From Alphaproteobacteria bacterium (GTDB lineage: Bacteria > Pseudomonadota > Alphaproteobacteria > Sphingomonadales > Sphingomonadaceae): DNA of 64,000 bases. Shown here piece after piece: positions 19,150 to 28,673 of this stretch. Location: contig CAXNKR010000001.1 of NCBI GenBank assembly GCA_964202995.1, forward strand, positions 794,829 through 858,828, in the 5' to 3' direction. The notes under the pieces are model-generated. The model did not search any database. It had not been told where the DNA came from and was given only the letters and a program-made list of their open reading frames with translations. The position numbers and the translations under genes were made by a program. Position 1 is the stretch's first letter, and every line of letters starts with the position of its first letter.

Positions 19150-19974
19150 TTGACAGACCAATCACATAAAACCGCATGGATCACAGGGGCATCATCGGGC
19201 ATTGGCGAAGCTTTGGCGAAGGCGTTTGTTGCCAACGGCGGATATGCCATATTGTCGGGGCGCAATGTTGATGAACTGCGGCGCGTTGCAACGGAAACGG
19301 GTGCAGCGGAACGCTGTTTGATTTTGCCATTCGACACCGTGGATTATGATGGCTTAGCCAGTAAAGCAGCCGAAGCTATCGCATTTCAGGGCCATGTCGA
19401 TGTGCTGGTCAACAATGCAGGTATCTCGCAACGGTCGCCAGCATTGGATACCGATTTTTCTGTCTATCAACGAATAGTCGATGTCGACTTGCTCGCGCCG
19501 ATTGCGCTGACTCAAGCCTTGCTATCGCAAATGGTCGCGCGCGGTAGCGGGCAGATTGTGATGATCTCCAGCGTGGCGGGTAAGGCGGGCATCCCGATGC
19601 GCACGGCGTATTGCGCGGCAAAACATGGCTTGATCGGCTATGCCGACGCGCTGCGCAGTGAGGTGGCGGGGCAGGGTGTAAAAGTCCTTGTTGTCGTGCC
19701 AGGGTCCGTCAAAACCAATGTCTCACGCAATGCGCTTAACGCGGATGGCTCCGTGCGCGGCATCAGTGACGCAGCGATCGACAATGGTATTGACCCGGAT
19801 ACGGTCGCAAGCCGCATTTGGGAGGCTGTGCGCAATGGCAAACGCGAAATTGTTATCGCCGAAGGGATGGAGGCCAACATCCCCGTGCTGCGCGCGCAGG
19901 ATCCGGATAAGCTGTTTGATATGGTCGAGGCGATGGTCGCGAACGGCTATGCCCAGAAGATATCCGCGCAATAA
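19150..19974 (+). CDS. Short-chain dehydrogenase/reductase
   Basis: TGASSGIG, NNAG, YCAAK; TTG start after GGAGAG. Confidence 0.9.
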   Translation: MTDQSHKTAWITGASSGIGEALAKAFVANGGYAILSGRNVDELRRVATETGAAERCLILPFDTVDYDGLASKAAEAIAFQGHVDVLVNNAGISQRSPALDTDFSVYQRIVDVDLLAPIALTQALLSQMVARGSGQIVMISSVAGKAGIPMRTAYCAAKHGLIGYADALRSEVAGQGVKVLVVVPGSVKTNVSRNALNADGSVRGISDAAIDNGIDPDTVASRIWEAVRNGKREIVIAEGMEANIPVLRAQDPDKLFDMVEAMVANGYAQKISAQ

Positions 19975-19980
19975 CGGGCC

Positions 19981-20072
19981 TAGGGTCAGGACCACTTAAA
20001 TCCACCTTAGCGGTTTGAGGCCATTTTGTTCAGTGCAAGGCGGTAAGCGCAGGGCTTAGTGGTCCTGTCCTA
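19981..20072. mobile_element. Short MITE-like element with terminal inverted repeats
   Basis: Left TAGGGTCAGGACCACTTAA; right end reverse complement TAGGACAGGACCACTAA. Bounded by TA; no coding capacity. Confidence 0.6.
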
Positions 20073-20717
20073 AGTTCTGCCTGCGCGTAGGGCGGCGCCC
20101 GCTGCAAAGGGAGACAGCGCCGTTATCGCCAATGATGTTGCCGCGAGCAACTGCATCGCGTTACCGGGGCCTTCGGCAAGGGTGCCTGCGCCGAAAATGA
20201 GCAACGGGATGGTGATGGGCACCAACAACAACCCGCCAAGCGCGCTCGCGCCGCTTAAGCCAGCGGTAAGCGCCGCGATCATTACGGACAGGCCAGCCAA
20301 GGCAGGCAAAGCCAGCGCAAGGCCAAGGAGCAAGGTGCCCAATTGCGCCTCCGGCAAGCCGATGAGCGCCGAGCCGACTATTGTCGCCAAAAGCAATGGC
20401 AAAGCGAAAGCAACAATCTGCCCCGCGATTTTGGCCGTTGCGACAAGTTCATCGGACCAACCGCGCAGGGCAAGCTGATCCAGCACGCCGGATTGGCGGT
20501 CTGGCAAAATCAGCCGTTCAATGGGAAGCAGCGTCGCCAGCAGCGCAGCGATCCACAAAATGCCACCTCCAGTCCGCGCGAGCAATGCCTTGTCGGGCCC
20601 CGTCACAAACGGGAATAATGTGGCCACGGCGAGATAAAACACCACCGGAAGCCATAGCCCACCGCCCGTCCATGCCAGACGCACTTCGCGCGCGACCAGA
20701 GCAATAAAGGACATCAT
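20070..20717 (-). CDS. ccmB: Heme exporter permease CcmB
   Basis: Hydrophobic; GILWIAALLATLLP, DRQSGVLDQL, LLVPITIPLLIFG; coupled to ccmA. Confidence 0.9.
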   Translation of the reverse strand: MMSFIALVAREVRLAWTGGGLWLPVVFYLAVATLFPFVTGPDKALLARTGGGILWIAALLATLLPIERLILPDRQSGVLDQLALRGWSDELVATAKIAGQIVAFALPLLLATIVGSALIGLPEAQLGTLLLGLALALPALAGLSVMIAALTAGLSGASALGGLLLVPITIPLLIFGAGTLAEGPGNAMQLLAATSLAITALSPFAAGAALRAGRT

Positions 20718-21325
20718 GCGGCAACGCCTTGGCTGTCGAGTATTAAGCTCATTGCGACATTGATGGAGGGCGGCTGATGCGCGGCGACAAGGACGATGCC
20801 GCCCGAAGCCGCTCGGGCAATAATTGCCTGATCAAGCCGCGCGCAGCTTGCACTGTCGAGACCATTATAGGGTTCGTCCATCAACCAAACATCTGCATTT
20901 GACGCCAGGACGCGCGCGATGCTGGCGCGCTTGCGTTGTCCCGTCGACAGAAAGCGGACCGGGATATGAACAAGGTTTTGCAGATCCATAGCAGTTAAGG
21001 CCGCGTCACGGGCGTCGGCGGATGCACCGTCCATGTCCGCCCAAAAGCGGAGCGCGGCCTCCACTGTCATATTGGCATCCAGCGCCATATTTTCGTCCGC
21101 AAGCGCCATATGACCTTCGGAATGTATCGTCCCCGACGTCACCGTCAGCAATCCGGCGACAAGGCGTAATAGTGTCGATTTCCCGCATCCATTGGCACCC
21201 CTGATCCAGATGACGTCGCCTGCGCGCGCCGACACCGAAAGGCCGTCCAGCACTAAGCGGTTGCCGCGTATGACCGCGACATTTTCAAGGCTTAAAGACG
21301 GCACGGATGCTTGACGCGAGGACAT
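20714..21325 (-). CDS. ccmA: Heme exporter ATPase CcmA
   Basis: GANGCGKSTLLR, LSTGQRKR, WLMDEP. Confidence 0.92.
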   Translation of the reverse strand: MSSRQASVPSLSLENVAVIRGNRLVLDGLSVSARAGDVIWIRGANGCGKSTLLRLVAGLLTVTSGTIHSEGHMALADENMALDANMTVEAALRFWADMDGASADARDAALTAMDLQNLVHIPVRFLSTGQRKRASIARVLASNADVWLMDEPYNGLDSASCARLDQAIIARAASGGIVLVAAHQPPSINVAMSLILDSQGVAA

Positions 21326-21374
21326 ATGGCGACTTAGGCAGATATTCGTTCAATTGCAAAAGCAGGATTAGGAT

Positions 21375-21668
21375 ATGCACGTTTCAAGACTGGATGACGC
21401 CGTCCGCGATGCCGCAATGCAGCAACTGCCGCAATGGACCTATGACGCGGATGTTAGGGGTATCCGCCGCAATTTGCGCTTTGCCGACTTTGCCGAGGCG
21501 TTCGGTTTCATGACTCGCGTCGCGATTTTGGCCGAAAAAGCGGACCATCACCCTGAATGGTTCAACGTGTATAACCGCGTCGAAATTCTGCTGACGACCC
21601 ATGATGCCGATGGCCTGTCGCATCGCGATATTGACCTTGCTGGCAAAATCGACGCGATTGCGGCTTAG
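21375..21668 (+). CDS. phhB: Pterin-4-alpha-carbinolamine dehydratase
   Basis: [27 protein letters not shown]. Confidence 0.94.
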   Translation: MHVSRLDDAVRDAAMQQLPQWTYDADVRGIRRNLRFADFAEAFGFMTRVAILAEKADHHPEWFNVYNRVEILLTTHDADGLSHRDIDLAGKIDAIAA

Positions 21669-21675
21669 GCTGCAA

Positions 21676-22518
21676 TCACGGCTTCGTCTGCACAACGTCG
21701 CCAAGGCCGCCCAATAGGCCCAGTTGCTTGCGCAAACGGTTCGGAAACCAGCGCGCAGAAAAGGCCAATTGCTTCGCCATTTTGTTGACTGGCGTATGCA
21801 CTTTGGTGCCGTGAATGGCTTCCCACGCCGCAGGGCCAATGATTGAAACGGGGCTGATTTCAATACCCGCTGACTGAAGCCTCTCCTTGCCCGTCATGTT
21901 GCTGCTGGCGTCGACATTACCGATGATGTTGGTATCGATGAATCCGGGCATCAGGCTGCGGGATTTAATGCCATATGGCCGCCATTCAATGTCATGCGCT
22001 TCGGCAAGCCCACGTACCGCGAATTTGGTGGCGCTATAGACGCTTAAGCCCGCCGACCCGTAAATACCTGCGGCAGAACTGGTGTAAAGCACGCATGCCT
22101 CAGGCGTGTTCTTCAGCAGGTCGAAACACGCCCGCGTGCCGCTGATCACGCCTGTCAGGTTGATTGCGATCATTCGGTCAATATCTTCGTCGGTCATGTC
22201 CTGGATTGGGCCGCCAGCGCCGATCCCTGCATTGTTGAACAAAACGGTCATATGGCCGTTGGTGTGCTTGGCAAATTCCGCGACGGCCTTTTTCCATTGC
22301 GCGCGGTCGGTGACATCCAACTTGTGGCGCGAATATTGGCCCTTTGATAACAAGGCAGCGGTTTCGTCCAAACCTTTTTCATCAATGTCCGCCAGACCGA
22401 CAAACCAGCCCTTATTTGCAAAATAGCGCGCGACTTCGCGACCAAGGCCGGACGCGGCGCCTGTTATGAAAATACTTTCTTGTGCGGCTGACATGATGAT
22501 GATTCCTCTCTTACTCAC
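21676..22518 (-). CDS. Short-chain dehydrogenase/reductase
   Basis: TGAASGLG, FNNAGI, YSATK; start may be 22494. Confidence 0.9.
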   Translation of the reverse strand: MSKRGIIIMSAAQESIFITGAASGLGREVARYFANKGWFVGLADIDEKGLDETAALLSKGQYSRHKLDVTDRAQWKKAVAEFAKHTNGHMTVLFNNAGIGAGGPIQDMTDEDIDRMIAINLTGVISGTRACFDLLKNTPEACVLYTSSAAGIYGSAGLSVYSATKFAVRGLAEAHDIEWRPYGIKSRSLMPGFIDTNIIGNVDASSNMTGKERLQSAGIEISPVSIIGPAAWEAIHGTKVHTPVNKMAKQLAFSARWFPNRLRKQLGLLGGLGDVVQTKP

Positions 22519-22571
22519 ATGATTGTCAGCGACATTAATTTGTCCAAAACGTCAACTGATTATTGCAAATC

Positions 22572-23195
22572 CTAAATTGCCTGAAACCCCTTGTTGTAGA
22601 TATGCCAAGTGAAAATCGCTGCGGCTCCGCGATGCGGACGCCAGCGTTCGGCGATGATGCGGATTTCTTTTTCCGATGGCCGCGCATCAAGCTTAAGCAA
22701 CCGACCAACGCCCTCTTGCACCGCAAGGTCGCCCGCTGGCCAAATATCGGGGCGGCCTTCGGCAAACAGCAGATATATCTCTGCTGACCAGCGGCCAATG
22801 CCCTTGACCTGCGTAAGATAGGCAATTGCCTCCTCATCATCATCGGGCAGGGCGTCGAGCGGCAATGCGCCTGACATCACAAGCTGCGCCAATGACCGCG
22901 CATAGCCCTGTTTCTGCCGACTAAGGCCGCAGGCCCGCAACGCATCGAAATCTTTCGCCAACAACTGGTCGGTCGGGCAATTAGCGCCCAGCAGGGCCTC
23001 TAGCTTGTTCCAGACCGATGCCGCCGACGCGACGCTGACCTGTTGTCCCAGAATCGTGCGCAGCAAGGTGGCGTATCCCCGCTGACTTATCCGTTCGTCA
23101 GGATAGCCTGTGATCGTGATGGCCTCTGCGATGCCGGGCTCAATCGCGGCCAGCGCATCAAGCGCGTCATGCAGTTGTTGTGCCGTTATGCCCAT
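22572..23195 (-). CDS. alkA: DNA-3-methyladenine glycosylase II (AlkA family)
   Basis: ILGQQVS, GLSRQK, HhH VKGIGRWSAE, PAGDLAV, WRPHR. Confidence 0.9.
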   Translation of the reverse strand: MGITAQQLHDALDALAAIEPGIAEAITITGYPDERISQRGYATLLRTILGQQVSVASAASVWNKLEALLGANCPTDQLLAKDFDALRACGLSRQKQGYARSLAQLVMSGALPLDALPDDDEEAIAYLTQVKGIGRWSAEIYLLFAEGRPDIWPAGDLAVQEGVGRLLKLDARPSEKEIRIIAERWRPHRGAAAIFTWHIYNKGFQAI

Positions 23196-23200
23196 GCGGC

Positions 23201-23962
23201 TTATGCGCCGCGGCGCACGGTGGCCGCGTATAAGGCGATTGCGGCAGCATTGGACACGTTCAGCGACTCCATCTGTGCGCTGATCGGCAATTTCGCCAAT
23301 TGGTCGCAATGCTCCTCAATATTGCGCCGCATGCCGTCACCTTCTGCGCCCAGCACCAGTGCATTGCGCCCCGGTGTCAGCGCCTGATCCAGCGAGACCT
23401 CTGCATGGCCGGACAGGCCGATTCGCCAATATCCAGCCTCGGCAATCTCCTCCAACGCCCGCGCCAGATTAACCACCCGTACCCATGGCGTAATTTCAAG
23501 CCCGCCCGACGCGGCCTTTGCCAATGCCCCCGATTCGGGTGGCGCGTGCCGGTCTTGCGTCACAACAGCCACCGCATCAAAGGCCGCCGCTGTCCGGAAT
23601 ATCGCGCCGACATTGTGCGGATCGGTGACTTGGTCGAGGATCAGCAGTGGTCGGTTATCGTCATTCGGCAGTGCGAGTGCATCAGTCAGCCAGACATCCT
23701 CCAGCGGTGCAACCTCAAGCACAAGACCCTGATGTGGAGCATCTTTCGGCACAAAACGTGCAAGATCGTTCACTTCGGCATATTGCACCGTCAGGCCCTC
23801 AGGCACGACAATCTTACCGATTTCTTCGCGCGTGCCCCATAAATTAATCAAGCGGCGTTCGGGATTGTCGAGCGCGGCATAGACGGCGTGCCGTCCGTAA
23901 AATTTGGGATTGCCGCTGGTAACGGCGGCGCCACGGCGTCGATGGCTCTTATGTGAAGACAT
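23201..23962 (-). CDS. rlmB: TrmH/SpoU RNA methyltransferase (RlmB-like)
   Basis: LDQVTDPHNVGAIFR, LGAEGDGMR, ESLNVSNAA. Confidence 0.9.
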   Translation of the reverse strand: MSSHKSHRRRGAAVTSGNPKFYGRHAVYAALDNPERRLINLWGTREEIGKIVVPEGLTVQYAEVNDLARFVPKDAPHQGLVLEVAPLEDVWLTDALALPNDDNRPLLILDQVTDPHNVGAIFRTAAAFDAVAVVTQDRHAPPESGALAKAASGGLEITPWVRVVNLARALEEIAEAGYWRIGLSGHAEVSLDQALTPGRNALVLGAEGDGMRRNIEEHCDQLAKLPISAQMESLNVSNAAAIALYAATVRRGA

Positions 23963-24107
23963 TATATGTACCTGTGTATGAAAAAGAGAAGCTTCTGTTG
24001 CCCTTTCCCACTTGAGGCATTGACAGGCAAGGGCCGTTTCGCCATTGCGCACCTTCTTCGGCGGGACCGGCCCTCATGCAAGCACATGATGCCCCGCACG
24101 ACGATGT

Positions 24108-24193
24108 GGACAGGTGGCCGAGTGGTTAAAGGCAGCAGACTGTAAATCTGCCCGGTTTTCCGTACGCTGGTTCGAATCCAGCCCTGTCCACCA
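24108..24193 (+). tRNA. tRNA-Tyr(GUA)
   Basis: GGACAGGTGGCCGAGTGGTTAAAGGCAGCAGACTGTAAATCTG...GGTTCGAATCCAGCCCTGTCCACCA; long variable arm. Confidence 0.97.
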
Positions 24194-24341
24194 ATTACTC
24201 GTTGGTCCATGTTTGCGAATATTCTTAGAAATCCAGTAAATCCATGGCTATGGCGCTCCTCAACGTCCACCCGCGGACAGTTGATTGTCTCATAGGAAGC
24301 TTATCTTTTCGCGACATGAACTTAAAAGCAGCGGCACGCTA

Positions 24342-25688
24342 TTATCGATCTGGACGACCCATCCATGACCGAAAAAGCGCATTGGGATCATAATTATTCC
24401 GCAAATTGTCAAGCCGTGCCAAATTCTCATCCTTCATGAATGGCGCCGCTCTTTTCCCAAGGTTTTCATCTGCTAACTGGATTCCAACGGCATGCGCCTG
24501 CATCGCGGCCATCCGCTCGGTAGCCCAATTGGCATAACGGTCATCATCTTCCCCGCGCGTCCATTCGCCGTAAACTGCAAGATAGCGGTTCGCTTCAAGC
24601 GAGAAGGCCATATCGGGTCGCTGTTGCAACGGATACCAGTTGAGCCAAAGGCTGTGGCTAGGCGCGGGCGGCATCGTCGCCGCAATCGCTCGCAGGCCGG
24701 GTAGTAGGTCGTCGATCGGCGCGTCGGTCCAAATATTATCGGTACACCAGCGCACGTCCGGCGGGAAATGGGTGATGTTGGCGGCCCGAGACATCAAACT
24801 CGTATTCATGGGCACAAGCGGGGTGGTGAAGCTCGCCAGCTTCCGGATTGGGCTATCGGAGATAAAACGTACCGCTTCGCGCGCGTCGGTCCAGCTGTCG
24901 GCAAGAACCGGCGCGATGACTTCAATGCCCGGCTGGAAGATGCCCAGCGCCTTAGGCGTGATGAGTATCTGAAATTCGATGGATTGGGGAACGGCGCTGC
25001 CGATGTCATCGGCCCAACGAAAGACCTGCTCCAGATGCCGTTGGCGAAAGACCTGCATCTTCAGCGCAGTGACGTTTTTGCGTGGGTGAAGCTTTAGGTG
25101 ATAGCGCAGCACTACCGCAAAGAAGCCCGGCCCTGATCCACGCGCGGCCCAGAACAAGTCGGCATTCTCGCTGGCGCTGGCATGGACCTGTCGACCATCG
25201 GCCAGCACCAGATCAATCCCGATCAAACTCTCGGTCGCCAGTCCCAGTTCGCGGCTGCCCCAGCCGAAACCGCCTTGCAGCAGAAACCCACCCATTGCGA
25301 CATCGGGTGCATGGGCGATGGGGAAGAACAGCCCGTGCTTTCGCAGCGCATTATCGAGGTCGAGCCCCCAACATCCGGGACCAACCAGAGCGATTCTAGT
25401 CACTGGATCAATGGTGATCTGGTTGAACCGTGCCATGCTCAGCAGCAGTCCGCCGTCGCGGATGTGGTTCTGCGCCCAGCTATGACCGCCCGAAACGATG
25501 CTGACCTGCCAGTGGTTCTCGCGCGCCAGTTGCAAGGCGGCCTGCACATCACCTACATCATTGGCCTCGACCAGATGTTCTGGCCGCACGCCGGGATCGC
25601 GGGCGTTAAAGCTGGTTGCGAGCACAGCCTTGTCGAAGCCGGCATCGCCACGCCGCCAAATCCTTCCTATGCCGCGTGGACGCTTCAT
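24342..25688 (-). CDS. FAD-binding oxidoreductase, BBE/VAO superfamily (6-hydroxy-D-nicotine oxidase-like)
   Basis: VSGGHSW flavinylation-type motif, GGFLLQGGFG, LFWAARGSG, C-terminal YDPNALF. Confidence 0.88.
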   Translation of the reverse strand: MKRPRGIGRIWRRGDAGFDKAVLATSFNARDPGVRPEHLVEANDVGDVQAALQLARENHWQVSIVSGGHSWAQNHIRDGGLLLSMARFNQITIDPVTRIALVGPGCWGLDLDNALRKHGLFFPIAHAPDVAMGGFLLQGGFGWGSRELGLATESLIGIDLVLADGRQVHASASENADLFWAARGSGPGFFAVVLRYHLKLHPRKNVTALKMQVFRQRHLEQVFRWADDIGSAVPQSIEFQILITPKALGIFQPGIEVIAPVLADSWTDAREAVRFISDSPIRKLASFTTPLVPMNTSLMSRAANITHFPPDVRWCTDNIWTDAPIDDLLPGLRAIAATMPPAPSHSLWLNWYPLQQRPDMAFSLEANRYLAVYGEWTRGEDDDRYANWATERMAAMQAHAVGIQLADENLGKRAAPFMKDENLARLDNLRNNYDPNALFRSWMGRPDR

Positions 25689-26506
25689 GCCTCTCGCTCA
25701 CGATAAGCAGCGCCAAATTCATCGAACAATTGCGGGAGGAAGCTCGCCAGATGCGCCATTTCTTGCGCATTATGGACAAGCAGGTCTGCCGGTGCGGGAA
25801 GAAGTTTGCTTGCAACCGGACGAATGGCTCTCGCCAATCCTCGTCTTATGGCACCGGGATTATCGCCCAGCGCTGTATTCTCGCCACCCATCCACATCCG
25901 TGAGCGCATTTCGCTGCCGCCCGCAACTGGGCGTAACTGGTGTAGAAGCCATCCGCCCTTGAGCGCAGTCCCAGGCACACCGACGCGCGCACAGATCACT
26001 ACTTCACCCTGAGCAGCCAGCCGATCTTGGTTAAAGCCCATAACAGCAGGCGGCACAAAGCCGATGGCCCCTTTCAAGACGCTTGGGCCAAGATACTCGG
26101 TGATCAGCGATGTCCGCCCGATATAGTTTTCGTCGTTGCGTCCGTCGGCCCAGCGCGCGTCGATATGGGCCTTTGGGTGCCACAGCTTATAGCGCTGCGC
26201 CTCGCAGCCGTGCCAGCCGAACCACCAGTCCCACATCTTAGGCGTTACACCCGGCATGTGGGTCAGGCAGAACACCCGGATCGCGCCGTCGGGCGGACAG
26301 GTATAGCCGGTCTCGACCAACCCATAGCCCGGCTCGATCATGTCGGCAGCGGCGCTAGAGGGCGGGAACAATTCATGCGCCTGTGGGCCGATCATAAGCG
26401 CCTCAGTAACTTGCGGCTGGAGCGGTGCAACCTCGGGATTGAAGAAGCTGGCATACGGGCTTTGCGCAAGCTCATCCGGCGCGTATCCAAGAAGCCGTTG
26501 CGTCAT
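25685..26506 (-). CDS. PhlG/phloretin hydrolase family C-C hydrolase (DAPG hydrolase domain)
   Basis: MWDWWFGWHG, RYKLWHPKAH, LITEYLG, LLHQLR, EMRSRMW, HNAQEMAHLASFLP; GGAGG 7 nt before ATG 26506. Confidence 0.88.
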   Translation of the reverse strand: MTQRLLGYAPDELAQSPYASFFNPEVAPLQPQVTEALMIGPQAHELFPPSSAAADMIEPGYGLVETGYTCPPDGAIRVFCLTHMPGVTPKMWDWWFGWHGCEAQRYKLWHPKAHIDARWADGRNDENYIGRTSLITEYLGPSVLKGAIGFVPPAVMGFNQDRLAAQGEVVICARVGVPGTALKGGWLLHQLRPVAGGSEMRSRMWMGGENTALGDNPGAIRRGLARAIRPVASKLLPAPADLLVHNAQEMAHLASFLPQLFDEFGAAYREREA

Positions 26507-26510
26507 AAGA

Positions 26511-27152
26511 TTATCCTCCGATGTCATTGGGGTTGGAATAAGCGGCCGCTAGCATAGGGCGCGATGTCTCGCTGCAATGCTGCAGCATCATCGCTAGCCA
26601 TGCGCGCCGGACCTGCGCCATGCTCTCGCGGTTGGAGAAGAACCCCGAACCCCACATGCCAAGCACCGCGAGGAGCGTGATCGCGAGGTGGCGGCCCAGC
26701 GACTGGGCATCTGTATCCGCGCGCAGTTCGCCATTGGAAATAGCGTGCGTCATTAAAACATAAGCCGATGCAACTGCGCGGTCGACGTTTGTGCTGCGAA
26801 CCTCCGGATGATCGGAGTTCATGATCGCGGCATAGATGCCGCGGTAATAGGTTTCATCGCTGTCGAAAAACGTCTCAATCTGCTCAAGCGCGCGCAATAT
26901 GCGCGCCATCGCCGCACCGTCAGCGCGGGCCGAACCCAATTGGGTGAATTTAAAAACTGCCTCATCCAGTAGTGCGATTAGCACATCGGTCTTTGATCCG
27001 AACAGGTTGTAGGGCGTGCGCAGGCTGACCCCGGCCACTACGGCCAAGCGACGCATTGTGAGATTGTCCATACCTTCGCTGCGAATAATCGATTCCGCCG
27101 CCGCACAAATGCGGGCTCGGTTGAATGTTTTGGCCTCTTCGCGTCTTGACAT
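26511..27152 (-). CDS. TetR/AcrR-family regulator
   Basis: ICAAAESII, LTMRRLAVVAGVSLRTPYNLFGSK helix-turn-helix. Confidence 0.92.
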   Translation of the reverse strand: MSRREEAKTFNRARICAAAESIIRSEGMDNLTMRRLAVVAGVSLRTPYNLFGSKTDVLIALLDEAVFKFTQLGSARADGAAMARILRALEQIETFFDSDETYYRGIYAAIMNSDHPEVRSTNVDRAVASAYVLMTHAISNGELRADTDAQSLGRHLAITLLAVLGMWGSGFFSNRESMAQVRRAWLAMMLQHCSETSRPMLAAAYSNPNDIGG

Positions 27153-27239
27153 ACTGACGCCTTGAGTATTTTTATAACATGTGTCAATAATATTGTCCGT
27201 TTAATGGTGTGTGGATGACAAAAGGGAGGGTTGCAGCCG

Positions 27240-28457
27240 ATGCCGCAGGATCGAATGACCTTAAGAAAGGTCGCAAAGTGGTTCGGCTGGTCGATGATCG
27301 CGATGGCGGTAATCGTATTCACGGCGTGGGCGACATCGCCCGATCCACGGTTCAATCCAGCGAGCTTTGAGGACAAGCCACTTGTTCAGGGCCTCGCCCC
27401 GCTTGAGCAGGCTATCACGCTTGCGCAGTTCCGTGCGCCGAATGGCGACACGCACACGTTGCTGGTGCTCGGCCGGGAAGGGGAGAGTGTTACTGGTATC
27501 GACCTAGCCGAACTCGGTGCCCCGGCGACAGCCGATCCGTTTGCGGCGCTGGCTGCTGCCAACATGGCCCCAGTATTGGCAGGGCGCGCTGGCACGATGT
27601 CGAAGGTCACGATAGCAATAAGTGATCTGCTGCCATCTGGCACGGCTGGTACCCGCCAGATTGGTACTGGCACCAATTTCCCCGAACACGCAGCAGAGGC
27701 CGATAGCAGCGCCGTGTTCCAGTTCCCCAAATTCGGTCCAGCCTCTCCTGCACGCACCCGGGTGCAGGCTCCAGAGGGCACCCTGCTCGATTATGAGGTC
27801 GAGATTTGCGTCCGTTTTGACCGGACATTGCGAACGGCCGAGGACTTTGACTTAGCGGTAAAGGCGTTCTTCCTGTGCGGCGATTTCACCAATCGCAACG
27901 CGCTTATCAACTTGGCTGATCCGGACAATCTCGATTCAGGCAGCGGCTTTAGCGATGCCAAGAGCGGGCCCGATTTCTTCCCAACCGGCCCTTTTCTTGT
28001 TATTCCCAGAGACTGGAAAGCATTTGTTGCCAACATCCGCATGACGACCGCCATTAACGATGCGCCACGCCAAGACGCGCGCGGCAGCGAGATGACGCTC
28101 GACTTCCGAGCGCTTGCGCTAAAGGCCTTCACGGATATGACCAAATCGCGGTTTCTCTATCGTGGCAGCTATACCAAGCTCATGCCCGATGGCGCAATCC
28201 CGCCGACCGCCACATTGATGTCTGGAACGGCTGAGGGCACGATCTTTACCCCACCAACGCGCAGCGACCTGATTGATGCGGCGTTCGCTTATGTGATTGC
28301 GGGCGGTCCAATGGCGCGCCAATCACCGATGGACATCGCCCGCGGGAAATTTATCGCCAACGAACTCGCTGGCGGCCATTTCCTGCAGCCAAACGATGTG
28401 GTGCGCCATCGTTCGAACGTCCTTGGCGACATCGTCATCACGGTTGTCCGACCCTGA
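27240..28457 (+). CDS. Fumarylacetoacetate hydrolase family protein with N-terminal membrane anchor/signal
   Basis: GTNFPEHA, LDYEVE, DFTNR, KSGPDFFPTGP, MSGTAEG; N-terminal hydrophobic WFGWSMIAMAVIVFTAWA. Confidence 0.85.
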   Translation: MPQDRMTLRKVAKWFGWSMIAMAVIVFTAWATSPDPRFNPASFEDKPLVQGLAPLEQAITLAQFRAPNGDTHTLLVLGREGESVTGIDLAELGAPATADPFAALAAANMAPVLAGRAGTMSKVTIAISDLLPSGTAGTRQIGTGTNFPEHAAEADSSAVFQFPKFGPASPARTRVQAPEGTLLDYEVEICVRFDRTLRTAEDFDLAVKAFFLCGDFTNRNALINLADPDNLDSGSGFSDAKSGPDFFPTGPFLVIPRDWKAFVANIRMTTAINDAPRQDARGSEMTLDFRALALKAFTDMTKSRFLYRGSYTKLMPDGAIPPTATLMSGTAEGTIFTPPTRSDLIDAAFAYVIAGGPMARQSPMDIARGKFIANELAGGHFLQPNDVVRHRSNVLGDIVITVVRP

Positions 28458-28673
28458 TCCAATTGCTTGGGTAGTAATGCATTGTTCTTTTCCCCAGCGG
28501 TTAGTGCCAGCTCTATGTGTAAAGGATGTTATCCTCGCCCGACTTTGCCGTTGCGGATAGGTAGACTTTGGTCTTAGCTTGGGATGCGCCTATGTTCGAC
28601 TTAAGTCGGGGAGCAGATGGATACAGTCTGAATTGTTCTTAAGTAGACATGACAATTTTAGGGAGAAGGCAAA

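Noticed and set aside
24194-28673. The tRNA-Tyr-adjacent module as an intact integrative element
   Set aside because: No integrase, and no duplicate of the tRNA-Tyr 3' end was found near 28460-28670. At most an old, fixed acquisition.
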